From: Bongovirus bongo | Lineage: Duplodnaviria; Heunggongvirae; Uroviricota; Caudoviricetes; Vilmaviridae | Length of the DNA stretch: 64,000 nt | IMG/VR virus record: IMGVR_UViG_2595698371_000001 | Strand: one strand, 5' to 3' | In this document: one piece after another, positions 1 through 10,035 of the stretch | Numbering within the stretch: position 1 is the stretch's first letter | How the letters are laid out: the number at the start of each line of letters is the position of its first letter | Position numbers and translations under genes: made by a program | The notes under the pieces: model-generated | What the model saw: only the letters and a program-made list of their open reading frames with translations | Told to the model about the DNA's origin: nothing | The model's database searches: none

Positions 1-3000
1 GCAGGCGCAGTGGGCGCAGCAGGCCGAGCGTGGCAAGCCGAGTGGTTCGGTTGGTCCGACTGGCCCGATTAATCCTGCGCTGTATGGCCGTCTGGCTGAG
101 ATGCGCAACGCCAAGGCGCTGGAGGCGAAGTGGCGTGCTGATGCGCAGCGTGCCGGTATCGGCGGCTCGACCACTCCGCTGTGGCAGCGTCTGCGTAACG
201 CGGAGAACGTTGTTCGGATCCGCGACCGCTTCAACCAGCCGATGCCGTACGTCAGCCGTCGCTACGACGCGGCGATGCAGGGTGCGAACCTGCCCGGGTG
301 GCGTGGTGGTGCGCCTATTCAGCCGACGCAGCAGACCCGTGCCGGGTACTTCTGGCAGGGCCCTCTGCGCGATGTGCCTAAGGGCGAGACCATTCGCCGT
401 TACGGCAACGGCGAGTACAAGGCACCGGCCCTGGGGCCGATGCAGGGGCCAGCTCTGCCGCCGCACTTCACGAGCCGTGGGCCGACCGAGTTCAAGGCTC
501 CGAAGCTCGGCGCGATGCAGGGCCCGCAGCTCACCCCTGACTATGTCAACAAGCTGGCGCGCGAGTCGCGTGCTGCTGGCCCGCCTGTGTCGGCTCTGGG
601 TAAGCAGGCGATTGACGCTGGCACTGGCATCAAGCGTGCGGGTGACATCACCAAGGCTGCTTACCTGTCGACTGCGGATCTCAACCGTGAGGTCCGCACT
701 GCGAATCAGCGTTTCCCTGCGCTGACTCAGGCTGTTTCGGGTGTTACTCCTCCGCTGAACGGCATGGTCGACACTGCTCGTGCGTCGTCCACTCAGCTGG
801 CTGGCGTGAGCCGTGAGACTCGCACTCTGGCGAATAGTCGTTTCCCTGCGCTGCTTCAGGTTACGGACAAGGTTCCGCCTGCCCTGAACGGTGTGGTGTC
901 GACTGCTGGCACTGCTTCGTCGCAGATCAAGACGTTCGGCACCGAGGTGGGCGGTGCGGCCGACAAGGTTGGCAAGCCTGGCGGTGCGGGTATTGGCCTG
1001 CTGGGTCGCCTGGGTGCGCTGGGTGGTGCGCTGGCACCTGGTGCCCTGCTGATGGCTGGCCTGCTGCTGGTGACTTCGACGGTGAAGAAGCTGGGCGAGG
1101 CTCACGAGGCGGCGGCTACTGCGGCCGATAAGCAGGCGAACGCGCTGCGTGGTGTGGTCAGCGCGCTGGATCAGGTGACTGGTGCGGCGACGAACCAGGC
1201 CATCGACAAGACGGCTGAGAACTTCCAGGGCGTCAACGTTCCTGGCGTCTTTGATGATAAGCACGGCGGTCCTGCGAACTCGATTGCTGCGATGCAGCGT
1301 CTCGGAATCGACACTACTGCTGCGACTTTGGCGGCTACGGACGCTACGCAGGATGGTCTGCTGGAGCAGATCATGGCTCCGATCCGTAAGCAGGCGCAGG
1401 AGCAGATCGTCAACTCGGATGCGTTCAAGCGTGCCGAGAGCTACTTCAAGGGCACGGAGATCACTCCGGAGTTCCTGGTGCTGGCTGCCCTGGGTGACCA
1501 GGAGAAGGCTGAGACCTTCAAGAACGTCACCGAGCGGATCGAGCAGATCCAGGAGATGGCGGGCCAGCATGTGGATCTGCCTGACCTGGCCGAGATTTGG
1601 AACTCGGTCGGCAACAAGGATCCGCTGCTGGCGGGCTATGCGATCCAGACTCAGGCTGATGCGACCCGTCAGGGTGCTGCGGCGATTGCTGAGCGTGCGA
1701 AGGCTGCTCGTGGTTCGTTCACGCTGAATCCTGCCAACCCTGGCCCGTTTGCGGCGTTCTCGCCGGATGGTCAGATCGTTGCGGGTCAGACTGGTCAAGG
1801 CATCCTGACGCTGAACCAGATCCCCGACGCGGCCACGATTGATGCGTGGGTTGAGCAGGGTCTGATCGACGGTCCTGGCTGGGTGAAGCCGGATGGCCGC
1901 ACGTATCAGCTGGAGCTGACTCCTGAGGCGACTGCTAACCATCTGATCAAGGGGCTGCCTCAGTTCCGTGACGGTGGAATGGTTCGTGGCCCTGGTGGTC
2001 CGACTTCGGATTCGATCCTGGCTCGCGTGTCGAAGGGCGAGCACATTGCTCGTGCGGAGGCGGTGCGTTACTACGGCGAGGATCTGTTCAATGCGTTGAA
2101 CCGGAAGGCGCTGCCGCGCTTCTCGGTTGGCGGTTGGCCGATGCTGCCTCAGTCGCCGTTGACGCCTGCGATTCCGTCGCCTGCGCCTGCGCCTGGTCCT
2201 GCGAATGTCGGTGGCATCCCTGCACCGTCGTCGGTTGCGGCCTCTGTGCCGCCTCCTCCGGCCCCAATGGCCCCTCCGGCTGTCACTACCCCGGTGGAGA
2301 CGTTTAGCACGCCTACGACTGTCTCAGCGGCTCCTGCGACCGCTTCTAGCGCGTCGACGCCAAGCACGTCGAGCGCCACGAGCACGTCGAACCCTCTGAC
2401 GCACGGTCTGCGTGCCGGGTTCCTGCCGGGAACTGTTCAGGTTCCTACCCGCACTCCGTACGGGCTGAAGGCTGGGACCGCCATCGATTATGGCGCTGAC
2501 GGATTCCCGACGTGGGTGTACGCGCTGGCTGAGCGTTTTGGACTGCAGGCGTCGACCTACAAGGACCACCAGGAGAAGGACGGCCTCAACAAGGGCATCG
2601 ACTGGTCGGGCCCTGTGGCCAACATGCAGGCCTTCGCTGACTATGTGAAGTCGGTTCCTGGACTGGAGCAGGTCATCTGGGAGAACCCAGAGACCGGCGT
2701 GCGTGTCGGCGTGGATCCCGGTGACCGTGGCGAGAACCAGTCGATTGACGACTACTACCGCGACGACTGGGCGGATCATCGCAATCACGTCCACACGCGC
2801 CAGAGTGTGTCGATTCCTCTGCCTGAGGAGCTGGGCTTCCTGCTGGGCGGTGTTGATCCGTACGGGATCTCGTCGCTCATGCCGGGTGGCTCGAATGAGC
2901 CGAAGCTCACTCCGCTGGAGGCGATGAAGGCCAAGTGGGAGAAGCTGTTCGACTTCGAGGCCCGCTACGCCGAGGCGCTGGATCCGCAGAACGTCTTCAA

Positions 3001-4501
3001 CTTCCTGGGCGGTCAGGCGAGCGCTGTTGGTAGCTCGCTGCTGGGTATCGGTTCCGATTTCCTGTCGGGCATCACCGGCATCAACTTCGGTGCCATCATC
3101 AAGCCTGGCCAGGACATTGCGAACGAGTTCCTGAGCTTCGATCCAGATTCGGATGACGAGTCGGGCGGCAACGGTGCCGACGTGGCCGGTGTCGCACTGG
3201 AGCAGTGGGGCCAGGGCATCCCTGGTATCGGCTCGGATCTGCAGTCCGCTCTGGGTGGCTTCAACCCCGCGTTCAGCGCACCGGGCAAGAAGGGCGGCAA
3301 CACTTACCGTCCTCTGGTTCGTCAGGTGCTGCAGATGGTTGCCGCTAACTACGGCATCACTGAGCTGCAGAAGTGGGAAGACGCTCTCGTCAAGCAGATT
3401 GACACCGAGTCGGGTGGAGATCCGTTCTCCATCAACGCGAATGACTCGGATGGCAAGGGCGGCAAGCAGACCGTCAAGGGCCTGCTGAACTTCCTGCCTG
3501 CGACGTTCGATGCTCACAACATTCTGGGCGGCACGATCAATGATCCTGCGGCGCAGATCGCGGCGGCTATCGACTACCTGTGCACGAGCCCGAAGTACGA
3601 CGGCGGCATTGGCCCTGACGGTGGGCCGGTTCAGATTGGTCGCGGCCAGGGCTTCAAGTCGGGTGGTTACCCGCGTGGCCTGGCGTGGCTGTCGAACGGC
3701 GAGTTCCGCACCAACGCGGATGCGACTCGCTACTACGGTCCTGCGCTGTTTGATGCGCTGAATGCCAAGGCGATTCCGCGCGAGGCTATCCGTGGCTTCG
3801 CCGAGGGTGGCTGGCCTCTGCTGGATCCTCAGCAGCCTGGCCAGACTCCTGGCCCGCTCCCAATGCCTGGTCCGCTGACGCCTCCTGCGGCAGCTGGCCC
3901 ATCGACCGGAGGTGCACCAGGACCGGGGGCGACTGCTCCCGCTCCCGACCCTGGTGCCCTCCCCGGTGTTGCGGATGCGATGGCGGGCATCGGTGGCGGT
4001 CTGCCTCAGCCTGGCGCGAATGCGCCGCAGGCGGGTGATCCGCGTTCGGTGCTGGGCGCTGCGCCTGTGTCGAATGACCACAACAACCCTGCCCTGTCGG
4101 GTGCCATCTCGGGCGCGGCGAGCACGGTTGGCGGGCTGATCGGCTCGGCCATCGGTGCGGCTGGCGCGGCTGGTGGCGCGGTGGCCCCTGGCGCTGGGCA
4201 GGCCGCTGGCATGGCGGCGCAGGGTGCGCAGGCCGCTGCGGCTATCGGCGGTCAGGTCATCAACGGCGCTGTCAACATCCTGTCCTCGCTGGCGGTGGGG
4301 ACTGCAACCAATGGTTCGACGGCAAGCGCTTCGGGCGTTCCGATGCTGCCTCAGCGTCAGCCTCAGCAGACCGGGGTTCCTCCGGTCGTGCAGCGGGTCG
4401 ACAACCGGCAGTACCACATCACCAACCTGGATGAGTTCAAGCGTGTCCAGGCGGTCTCGGATGCCCAGGCGGCAATGCCATTCATCGGGAAGTACGGCTA
4501 A
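1..4501 (+). CDS. Tail tape measure protein, 5'-truncated by the window edge (reading frame is open from nt 2). The C-terminal third carries a lytic transglycosylase (SLT) motif (TESGG...NANDSDGKGG) and an internal duplicated RYYG..LF(N/D)ALN(R/A)KA(L/I)PR motif
   Basis: 1466-aa ORF with no stop upstream to nt 2; Gly/Ala-rich coiled segments typical of TMPs; SLT catalytic ES motif around nt 3400-3500; position upstream of minor tail genes. Confidence 0.85.
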   Translation, partial: QAQWAQQAERGKPSGSVGPTGPINPALYGRLAEMRNAKALEAKWRADAQRAGIGGSTTPLWQRLRNAENVVRIRDRFNQPMPYVSRRYDAAMQGANLPGWRGGAPIQPTQQTRAGYFWQGPLRDVPKGETIRRYGNGEYKAPALGPMQGPALPPHFTSRGPTEFKAPKLGAMQGPQLTPDYVNKLARESRAAGPPVSALGKQAIDAGTGIKRAGDITKAAYLSTADLNREVRTANQRFPALTQAVSGVTPPLNGMVDTARASSTQLAGVSRETRTLANSRFPALLQVTDKVPPALNGVVSTAGTASSQIKTFGTEVGGAADKVGKPGGAGIGLLGRLGALGGALAPGALLMAGLLLVTSTVKKLGEAHEAAATAADKQANALRGVVSALDQVTGAATNQAIDKTAENFQGVNVPGVFDDKHGGPANSIAAMQRLGIDTTAATLAATDATQDGLLEQIMAPIRKQAQEQIVNSDAFKRAESYFKGTEITPEFLVLAALGDQEKAETFKNVTERIEQIQEMAGQHVDLPDLAEIWNSVGNKDPLLAGYAIQTQADATRQGAAAIAERAKAARGSFTLNPANPGPFAAFSPDGQIVAGQTGQGILTLNQIPDAATIDAWVEQGLIDGPGWVKPDGRTYQLELTPEATANHLIKGLPQFRDGGMVRGPGGPTSDSILARVSKGEHIARAEAVRYYGEDLFNALNRKALPRFSVGGWPMLPQSPLTPAIPSPAPAPGPANVGGIPAPSSVAASVPPPPAPMAPPAVTTPVETFSTPTTVSAAPATASSASTPSTSSATSTSNPLTHGLRAGFLPGTVQVPTRTPYGLKAGTAIDYGADGFPTWVYALAERFGLQASTYKDHQEKDGLNKGIDWSGPVANMQAFADYVKSVPGLEQVIWENPETGVRVGVDPGDRGENQSIDDYYRDDWADHRNHVHTRQSVSIPLPEELGFLLGGVDPYGISSLMPGGSNEPKLTPLEAMKAKWEKLFDFEARYAEALDPQNVFNFLGGQASAVGSSLLGIGSDFLSGITGINFGAIIKPGQDIANEFLSFDPDSDDESGGNGADVAGVALEQWGQGIPGIGSDLQSALGGFNPAFSAPGKKGGNTYRPLVRQVLQMVAANYGITELQKWEDALVKQIDTESGGDPFSINANDSDGKGGKQTVKGLLNFLPATFDAHNILGGTINDPAAQIAAAIDYLCTSPKYDGGIGPDGGPVQIGRGQGFKSGGYPRGLAWLSNGEFRTNADATRYYGPALFDALNAKAIPREAIRGFAEGGWPLLDPQQPGQTPGPLPMPGPLTPPAAAGPSTGGAPGPGATAPAPDPGALPGVADAMAGIGGGLPQPGANAPQAGDPRSVLGAAPVSNDHNNPALSGAISGAASTVGGLIGSAIGAAGAAGGAVAPGAGQAAGMAAQGAQAAAAIGGQVINGAVNILSSLAVGTATNGSTASASGVPMLPQRQPQQTGVPPVVQRVDNRQYHITNLDEFKRVQAVSDAQAAMPFIGKYG

Positions 4502-5412
4502 TGGACAATCATGACTACACGGCGAAGATCGAGATCTTCGGCGTTCATGGTGAGTACTTCTGCATCTCGGGCCCCGGCAAGGGGCAGCAGGGCGTCGAGC
4601 TGATGCCCAAGCTCAAGGGAATGATCGACGCGCCTGTGAAGTCGCTCTGGCTTCCAGGCGCGTACGGTCAGACCTTTGTCGACTTCCGCTGGGAGCGACG
4701 AGATGTCGTGTTCACGGTGAACATCTTCGCCGACGACGGACATCCTGAGACTTGGCGCACCATCGATTCGCGGTGGCGGTTCGCGTTCGACTATGTGCAG
4801 GAAGCGACGATCCGTTTCACCACCACGGACGGCTACCGGGATCTGAAGGTTCGTCTGCTAGAGGAGCCGCAGGCCTACGACTCTGGCGACTGGGAGGGTA
4901 AGGATCCCGCCCTGTACGCGTGCAGCACTGTGGTGATGACGCTGGCGGCTGAGCTGCCGTTCTTCGTTGGCCCTTCGGACTTCTACGAGTGGTCTGGCGA
5001 GGGCATGACCGGCCGCAATTCGTTCAAGCTGAACGTCGATTGCGATGTGCCGGTGTGGCCGAAGTGGACGCTCACCGATCAGGCTCGCTGGCGTCTGCCT
5101 GACTTCTCGTGGGGCAACCAGGAATACGGGCGTGGCATCGCCGACGCGGGCCGCACCGTTGAGCTGCCTTACCTGCCGAAGGGTGCTGGGTGCGTGGCGG
5201 ATTCGGATCCCCGTGTGCAAACTCTGTTGGCAGCCAATCGGATCCACCTCCAGGGCCTCTGGAAGGGCAAGGATCTTCTCTACCCAATTGCGGGTGGCAC
5301 CTACAGCCGTATCCCGGTTCAGGTCCGGAGCGCGGCGAACGGTTTCGCGATGCGTCTGGAGGTGCCCAAGTGGTACACCCGGCCGTGGAGTCGGCCAGTA
5401 GGAGCAATCTGA
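4501..5412 (+). CDS. minor tail protein (distal tail-like)
   Basis: ATG overlaps TMP stop (TAATG); 303 aa; synteny immediately after TMP. Confidence 0.55.
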   Translation: MDNHDYTAKIEIFGVHGEYFCISGPGKGQQGVELMPKLKGMIDAPVKSLWLPGAYGQTFVDFRWERRDVVFTVNIFADDGHPETWRTIDSRWRFAFDYVQEATIRFTTTDGYRDLKVRLLEEPQAYDSGDWEGKDPALYACSTVVMTLAAELPFFVGPSDFYEWSGEGMTGRNSFKLNVDCDVPVWPKWTLTDQARWRLPDFSWGNQEYGRGIADAGRTVELPYLPKGAGCVADSDPRVQTLLAANRIHLQGLWKGKDLLYPIAGGTYSRIPVQVRSAANGFAMRLEVPKWYTRPWSRPVGAI

Positions 5413-7148
5413 TGACCGCACCGGTTTTGGACCGACTGTCTGAGCTGAACGACATCGACAAGGCCGTGTCCAGTTGGCGCGATGAGCTGACGTGGATGCG
5501 CATGGCGAAGCCGATGATCACGTTCTACCGCAACCCTTCTGAGGGTTCGGGTCTGGAGTATTACGGCCGCGTCGCGTACCAGGACACGATCCGTGCGTCG
5601 TTCCCGTTCAAGAAGAACGTGTCGGCGCAGGGTGTGCTGGAGCTGCGTTTCGATCACTACATCTCGGAGTGGATGCGTGCCATTCCGGAAGATCCGCATG
5701 AGAAGAAGAACGTCATCATCCGTGTTGACTTCTTCGGCGGGAAGCTGCGCTGGACTGGTCTGCTGCATCACGTTGCGAAGAAGCAGCGTGACGGCATGTA
5801 CTACATGGAGCTGACGTTCAACGACGATCTGCAGTTCCTGCAGTTCCTGCTCGGGCCTCCGAATCCTGCGCTTCCGATTCCGGCCTTCCAGTGGCCTCGA
5901 GTGCTGCCAATCCTGGGGCCTGCGAAGTGGGCATGCTCAATCATGGTGCTGCTCAACCTGATTCGCAAGGAAGGCAACCTGTGGCAACTGCCTGACGATC
6001 CCTTCGATCTTAGCCAGTGGCTGGCGCTATCGCCAACCGAGTGGAAGAACTGGCAGGTTCACATCAAGTGCAACCCGCTGCCACTGGACGACTCGTCGCT
6101 GTGGACAGTTCTCGGAACCCGCATGAACCCAATCGATTCGGTTCTGGCGGATGCCCTGGAGGATGCGCAGCTGACGATCCGCTGGCGTCGCGTCTTCACC
6201 GACGAGGGCGAGACGGAGACTGGCCTGCTGTTCGTGGATCGGCCTGCCAATGGTGCGCTGGTGTTCGAAATCGCTGACGACAGTGGCTACTACAACACTC
6301 TGCTGGGCGGCACGTTCCTGGGCGGCACCATCGTGGACGGCATGGTGCGCTCGGTTGTGCAGTACATCGGCGGGTTTATTGAGGACACCGGTCAGCTGCT
6401 GACCGACGATGAGTCCTACTCGCCTGACGAGTACTACAGCAAGGGCTGGCTAGGAACGCTAGCCCAGCAGCCGTGGTTGGTGATTCGGGATAGTAGTTGG
6501 TCACCAATCGACACGGCGGAAATGACGTGGAGTCCCGCCACGGCAGTCAGCGTGGTTGTGGGTGGAGACAATCCGGCCGCAGATGCAATTGCCCGACTCA
6601 TCATTGAGACCACCGGAAATATTCTCGGGTATTTCCTGCTCGGTGGATTCTCTTCGGCGGGAACTATTGCGGCAGATGTGATCATGCCGTTCCTGCAGGG
6701 CACCATCGCTGCGTGGCTGGAGTGGAAGAACACCGCTCGGGCCCGCAACCTGGGATGGGTTCACCTGTGGGAGCTGTACCAGCAGGGCGCGGAGAACAAC
6801 AGCTGGAGCCTGTCGGCGCTGGCCGCTCTGCGTGGTGGCTTCCTGGCGTCGAAGTCGGAGACCAGCCACACCCTGTCGCTGCACGGCAACTCGTGGATCA
6901 TCCCTGGTGCTCACTTCCAGATCGGTTCGCGCATCGGCTCCACGTCGCGTGGCTACAACGATCTGATCTTCGTCGCCCAGTGCGAGGAGATCATCCCGTC
7001 GTGGGACCACGGCAACGGATCACCGCTAAGTGTTCAGGTGAAAATCGGACAGAACAAGGCGGCGATGAGCGTTGGAGAACGCTTGGCCCGCTTGACGAAG
7101 AAGATTCGGGACATTCTGCAGAACATCGGCGTCCACCTCGTCAGCTAA
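5412..7148 (+). CDS. minor tail protein
   Basis: ATGA overlap with upstream gene; 578 aa; in tail-gene block. Confidence 0.55.
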   Translation: MTAPVLDRLSELNDIDKAVSSWRDELTWMRMAKPMITFYRNPSEGSGLEYYGRVAYQDTIRASFPFKKNVSAQGVLELRFDHYISEWMRAIPEDPHEKKNVIIRVDFFGGKLRWTGLLHHVAKKQRDGMYYMELTFNDDLQFLQFLLGPPNPALPIPAFQWPRVLPILGPAKWACSIMVLLNLIRKEGNLWQLPDDPFDLSQWLALSPTEWKNWQVHIKCNPLPLDDSSLWTVLGTRMNPIDSVLADALEDAQLTIRWRRVFTDEGETETGLLFVDRPANGALVFEIADDSGYYNTLLGGTFLGGTIVDGMVRSVVQYIGGFIEDTGQLLTDDESYSPDEYYSKGWLGTLAQQPWLVIRDSSWSPIDTAEMTWSPATAVSVVVGGDNPAADAIARLIIETTGNILGYFLLGGFSSAGTIAADVIMPFLQGTIAAWLEWKNTARARNLGWVHLWELYQQGAENNSWSLSALAALRGGFLASKSETSHTLSLHGNSWIIPGAHFQIGSRIGSTSRGYNDLIFVAQCEEIIPSWDHGNGSPLSVQVKIGQNKAAMSVGERLARLTKKIRDILQNIGVHLVS

Positions 7149-7201
7149 TTAGCTGACCTATGTTCTATGAGATAATGGAATGTAGTGGTTAAGGAGCAGA
7201 T

Positions 7202-7660
7202 ATGCCACCGTTGAATGTTCATCCGCCTGACCCGAATCATCCGAAGGGAATGGCGTGGGTGCTCGGCGTGGGGATGGTGGATCCCCGGCCGGGCAACAAC
7301 CCGAATCAGCCGATGGCCATCGTGCAGTCGTGGGAGCCGACCTCCGAATTGTGGTGGAAGCTCGGACTGCGTTGGCATCCAGAGCTTGCCGAGGTGTGGG
7401 CCGTGGGTGGCGGGCAGTTTGAGATCGCGCAGATCGTGAACGAGAAGCCCGAGGCGCAGGAGATGTCCCTCGAGGAGGGCGCGGCCGAGGTTCTCGAGTA
7501 CATCGGCAAGGAGCATCCCGAGTATGCGGAGATGCTGCAGCAGATCCACAACGCCGGATCGGACGTGGAGCGCATCAAGCTCGTAAAGCAGTTCGACGGC
7601 GAGATCAAGCGTCTGATGACGCTCATGAAGTACGTAAGCACCAAGCCAGCAGAGGAGTAA
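7202..7660 (+). CDS. hypothetical protein (tail-associated)
   Basis: ATG preceded by AAGGAG SD; 152 aa. Confidence 0.5.
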   Translation: MPPLNVHPPDPNHPKGMAWVLGVGMVDPRPGNNPNQPMAIVQSWEPTSELWWKLGLRWHPELAEVWAVGGGQFEIAQIVNEKPEAQEMSLEEGAAEVLEYIGKEHPEYAEMLQQIHNAGSDVERIKLVKQFDGEIKRLMTLMKYVSTKPAEE

Positions 7661-7665
7661 ACCTT

Positions 7666-10017
7666 ATGGGAGGCATCCCAACTGGGTCAGATCCTTCTGG
7701 CTACGACATCGAGGGTTGGGACGGCCCGGTAGTTGGTGCGGGGCTCGGCGCTCTGCAGGCCCGCACCGAAGGTGCGATCAAGGACATGCTTCAGCAGCGT
7801 GTGTCCAACAACACCACGCTGAAGGAGTTCTCGGATCGCGTATTCGAGGGCCTGGACGCGACTCTCGGCATTGTGGTTGCGCCGATCAAGGCGTTGGTCG
7901 AGAAGATGTTCCCGTTCATCGACTTTGACGGCGTGCTCACCATGGAGGAGCTGCTGGCGCTGGTCCAGCACATCCCTCTGATTGGCGACTTCGTTGAGCT
8001 GATCCTGGGCATTGAGGATGGCGACGAGGACGACCTGGGTACGTTCTTCCTGCATCTGCGCCAGTTCTTCGAGGGTGTCAACTTCCTCGATCCGGACTTT
8101 GACCCGCGCGATGCGGCTCAGGTTTTCGTGAATACCGTTGTCAATCCATTTGTTTCGACCATTCAGCGGATCAGTGCGGCGATCCTGGGCGTGATCCCTA
8201 TCGGTCTACTCTCGGCTGAGACGCCAACCCTTCTGCTGGAGGGCGAGTTTGACGATCCGGTGACCATCGTTGAGGGCTCGGGTTTTGTGCACGACGCCAC
8301 CGATGGTGCCACCACTCCGCTGGGCTGCGCGAAGGCCGAGGCTGACGGCACCCACATCGTGATGGCCACTGAGCTGATCAAGGTGGCCCCCGGCTGGAAG
8401 CTGGCCGTCGCATCCAAGGTCAAGTGGGAAGACCTGGAGACGGACGGCGATGACGCTATCCGGATCAACATCATCCCGTATGCGGACGAGGAGACTCCCG
8501 CGTCGGGCGGCTCGGTCATGGCCGCCAGTGTTCAGAGCGCGTCGGGTGACTCGACCGGCACGAACGGCTGGGGCACCACGATCAGTGGCACCTACACTGT
8601 GCCGTCGTCGGGTGTGGCCTATGTGTCCGTGGAGCTGCACGTCACGGACGATGCGACCGCTGGCAGTGTCAAGTACGACAACGTCACCCTGAAGTCGACC
8701 GAGAAGATCCCGCAGAGCTTCACGAAGGATCTGGTTGAGGATCTGACGACTTTGTGGAACGGGCTGGGCAGCCTGGTTGATCAGCTGCTCGACAGCCTTG
8801 GCATCACGCCGGTTGGCGATCTGCTGGCGCGCATCTTCGACCTGTCGGACGAGATTGCGTGGATCCAGGAGAAGGCCCGCGACGGTGCGGACGACGCTGC
8901 GCAGGCGTTGTCGTATCTTGCCGACTTGGCCGGTGACCTGTTGACCAACCCTGGCGCGGTACTCGGTACGATTCCGCAGTCGCTGGTCGGCGGTCTGGAG
9001 ACGACGCTGAACCAGATCCGTGACGTGTTCGACGGCCTGGTCGTGACGCCCGTGAACTCGGCGGTTTCGGCGATCAAGTCGTGGTTCGACCAGTGGTTTG
9101 GTGGTGGCTCCACGAACGCGATCCCGCTGTCACAGAAGGGTGCGGCGAGTGGTGTTGCGCCGCTGAATAGTTCGACCAAGCTGGCCACGTCGTACCTGGA
9201 GACGGACGTGGCCAACGGTGTGCCGAAGCTGAACAGTTCAGGGAAGATCCCGACCAGCTCGCTTGTAACGAACACTGCTGGCGGCGTGCCGGTTCTGGAT
9301 TCGGGCGGCAAGGTCGGTGGCGGTCAGATGCCTGACCTGTCGAGCACTTACTTGGCGACCGGGTCGCGCGGTGCGGCACTGGGTGTGGCCCCGCTGAACA
9401 ACGAGTCTGTTGTCCCCCTCAACCACCTGCCCGCCGAGGTGGGTGGCACTGGTGGTTCTGGCGATGGACGCCCGTACGTGATCCTCACTTTGGGTGAAAC
9501 GCAGGACATTCCGTCTGATACGGAGACTTTCCTGGAGGGCTGGGAGCAGGTCGGGTCGAGTTCGGTCACATTCAAGGATGGGACCAACAAGCAGTTCCGC
9601 TTCAATCAGCCTGGCTGGTGGTTGATCACCGGATGGGTCCGCTGGGAGCCCACGCTGGGATTCGGCGTGGGTTGGCAGTCGGCGCAGATTTACCGGGAGC
9701 TGGAGGGTTCGACAGACGAGGGAACTACCTGGATTCCCGCGACTTACGGATTCGGAACGTCGGCCCTTCCGGCCGATACCGGAGTCGGTGGTTTGGTCAT
9801 CAACCAGCTCAACACGATGCTGCCGGTGACCAACATGGAGTCAGCGGTGCTCGGTGGGGTGATCATTCTGCGGATGTCGCCGGATGACTATTTCGGCATC
9901 AAGGTTCATCACAAGGATCCCGCCCCTCTAGAGGTGTATGGCGGTACGCCTTACCCCGGTTACGACGGCCTGGCGGGGGGCTCCCATCTTCTGTGCACCT
10001 ATATGGGTGCAGCGTAA
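7666..10017 (+). CDS. minor tail protein (large, possible receptor-binding or central fibre)
   Basis: 783-aa ORF; repeated PLN(S/N)S(T/G)K motifs; position in tail block. Confidence 0.5.
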   Translation: MGGIPTGSDPSGYDIEGWDGPVVGAGLGALQARTEGAIKDMLQQRVSNNTTLKEFSDRVFEGLDATLGIVVAPIKALVEKMFPFIDFDGVLTMEELLALVQHIPLIGDFVELILGIEDGDEDDLGTFFLHLRQFFEGVNFLDPDFDPRDAAQVFVNTVVNPFVSTIQRISAAILGVIPIGLLSAETPTLLLEGEFDDPVTIVEGSGFVHDATDGATTPLGCAKAEADGTHIVMATELIKVAPGWKLAVASKVKWEDLETDGDDAIRINIIPYADEETPASGGSVMAASVQSASGDSTGTNGWGTTISGTYTVPSSGVAYVSVELHVTDDATAGSVKYDNVTLKSTEKIPQSFTKDLVEDLTTLWNGLGSLVDQLLDSLGITPVGDLLARIFDLSDEIAWIQEKARDGADDAAQALSYLADLAGDLLTNPGAVLGTIPQSLVGGLETTLNQIRDVFDGLVVTPVNSAVSAIKSWFDQWFGGGSTNAIPLSQKGAASGVAPLNSSTKLATSYLETDVANGVPKLNSSGKIPTSSLVTNTAGGVPVLDSGGKVGGGQMPDLSSTYLATGSRGAALGVAPLNNESVVPLNHLPAEVGGTGGSGDGRPYVILTLGETQDIPSDTETFLEGWEQVGSSSVTFKDGTNKQFRFNQPGWWLITGWVRWEPTLGFGVGWQSAQIYRELEGSTDEGTTWIPATYGFGTSALPADTGVGGLVINQLNTMLPVTNMESAVLGGVIILRMSPDDYFGIKVHHKDPAPLEVYGGTPYPGYDGLAGGSHLLCTYMGAA

Positions 10018-10035
10018 TCGGATTGGAGGCGACCT

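Noticed and set aside
2324-4417. 697-aa ORF on the minus strand antisense to the tape measure gene; plus the + ORFs 30..725 and 1182..1727
   Set aside because: Arg/Ala-rich low-complexity translations typical of off-frame reading of GC-rich DNA; they are antisense or out of frame to the well-supported TMP ORF.
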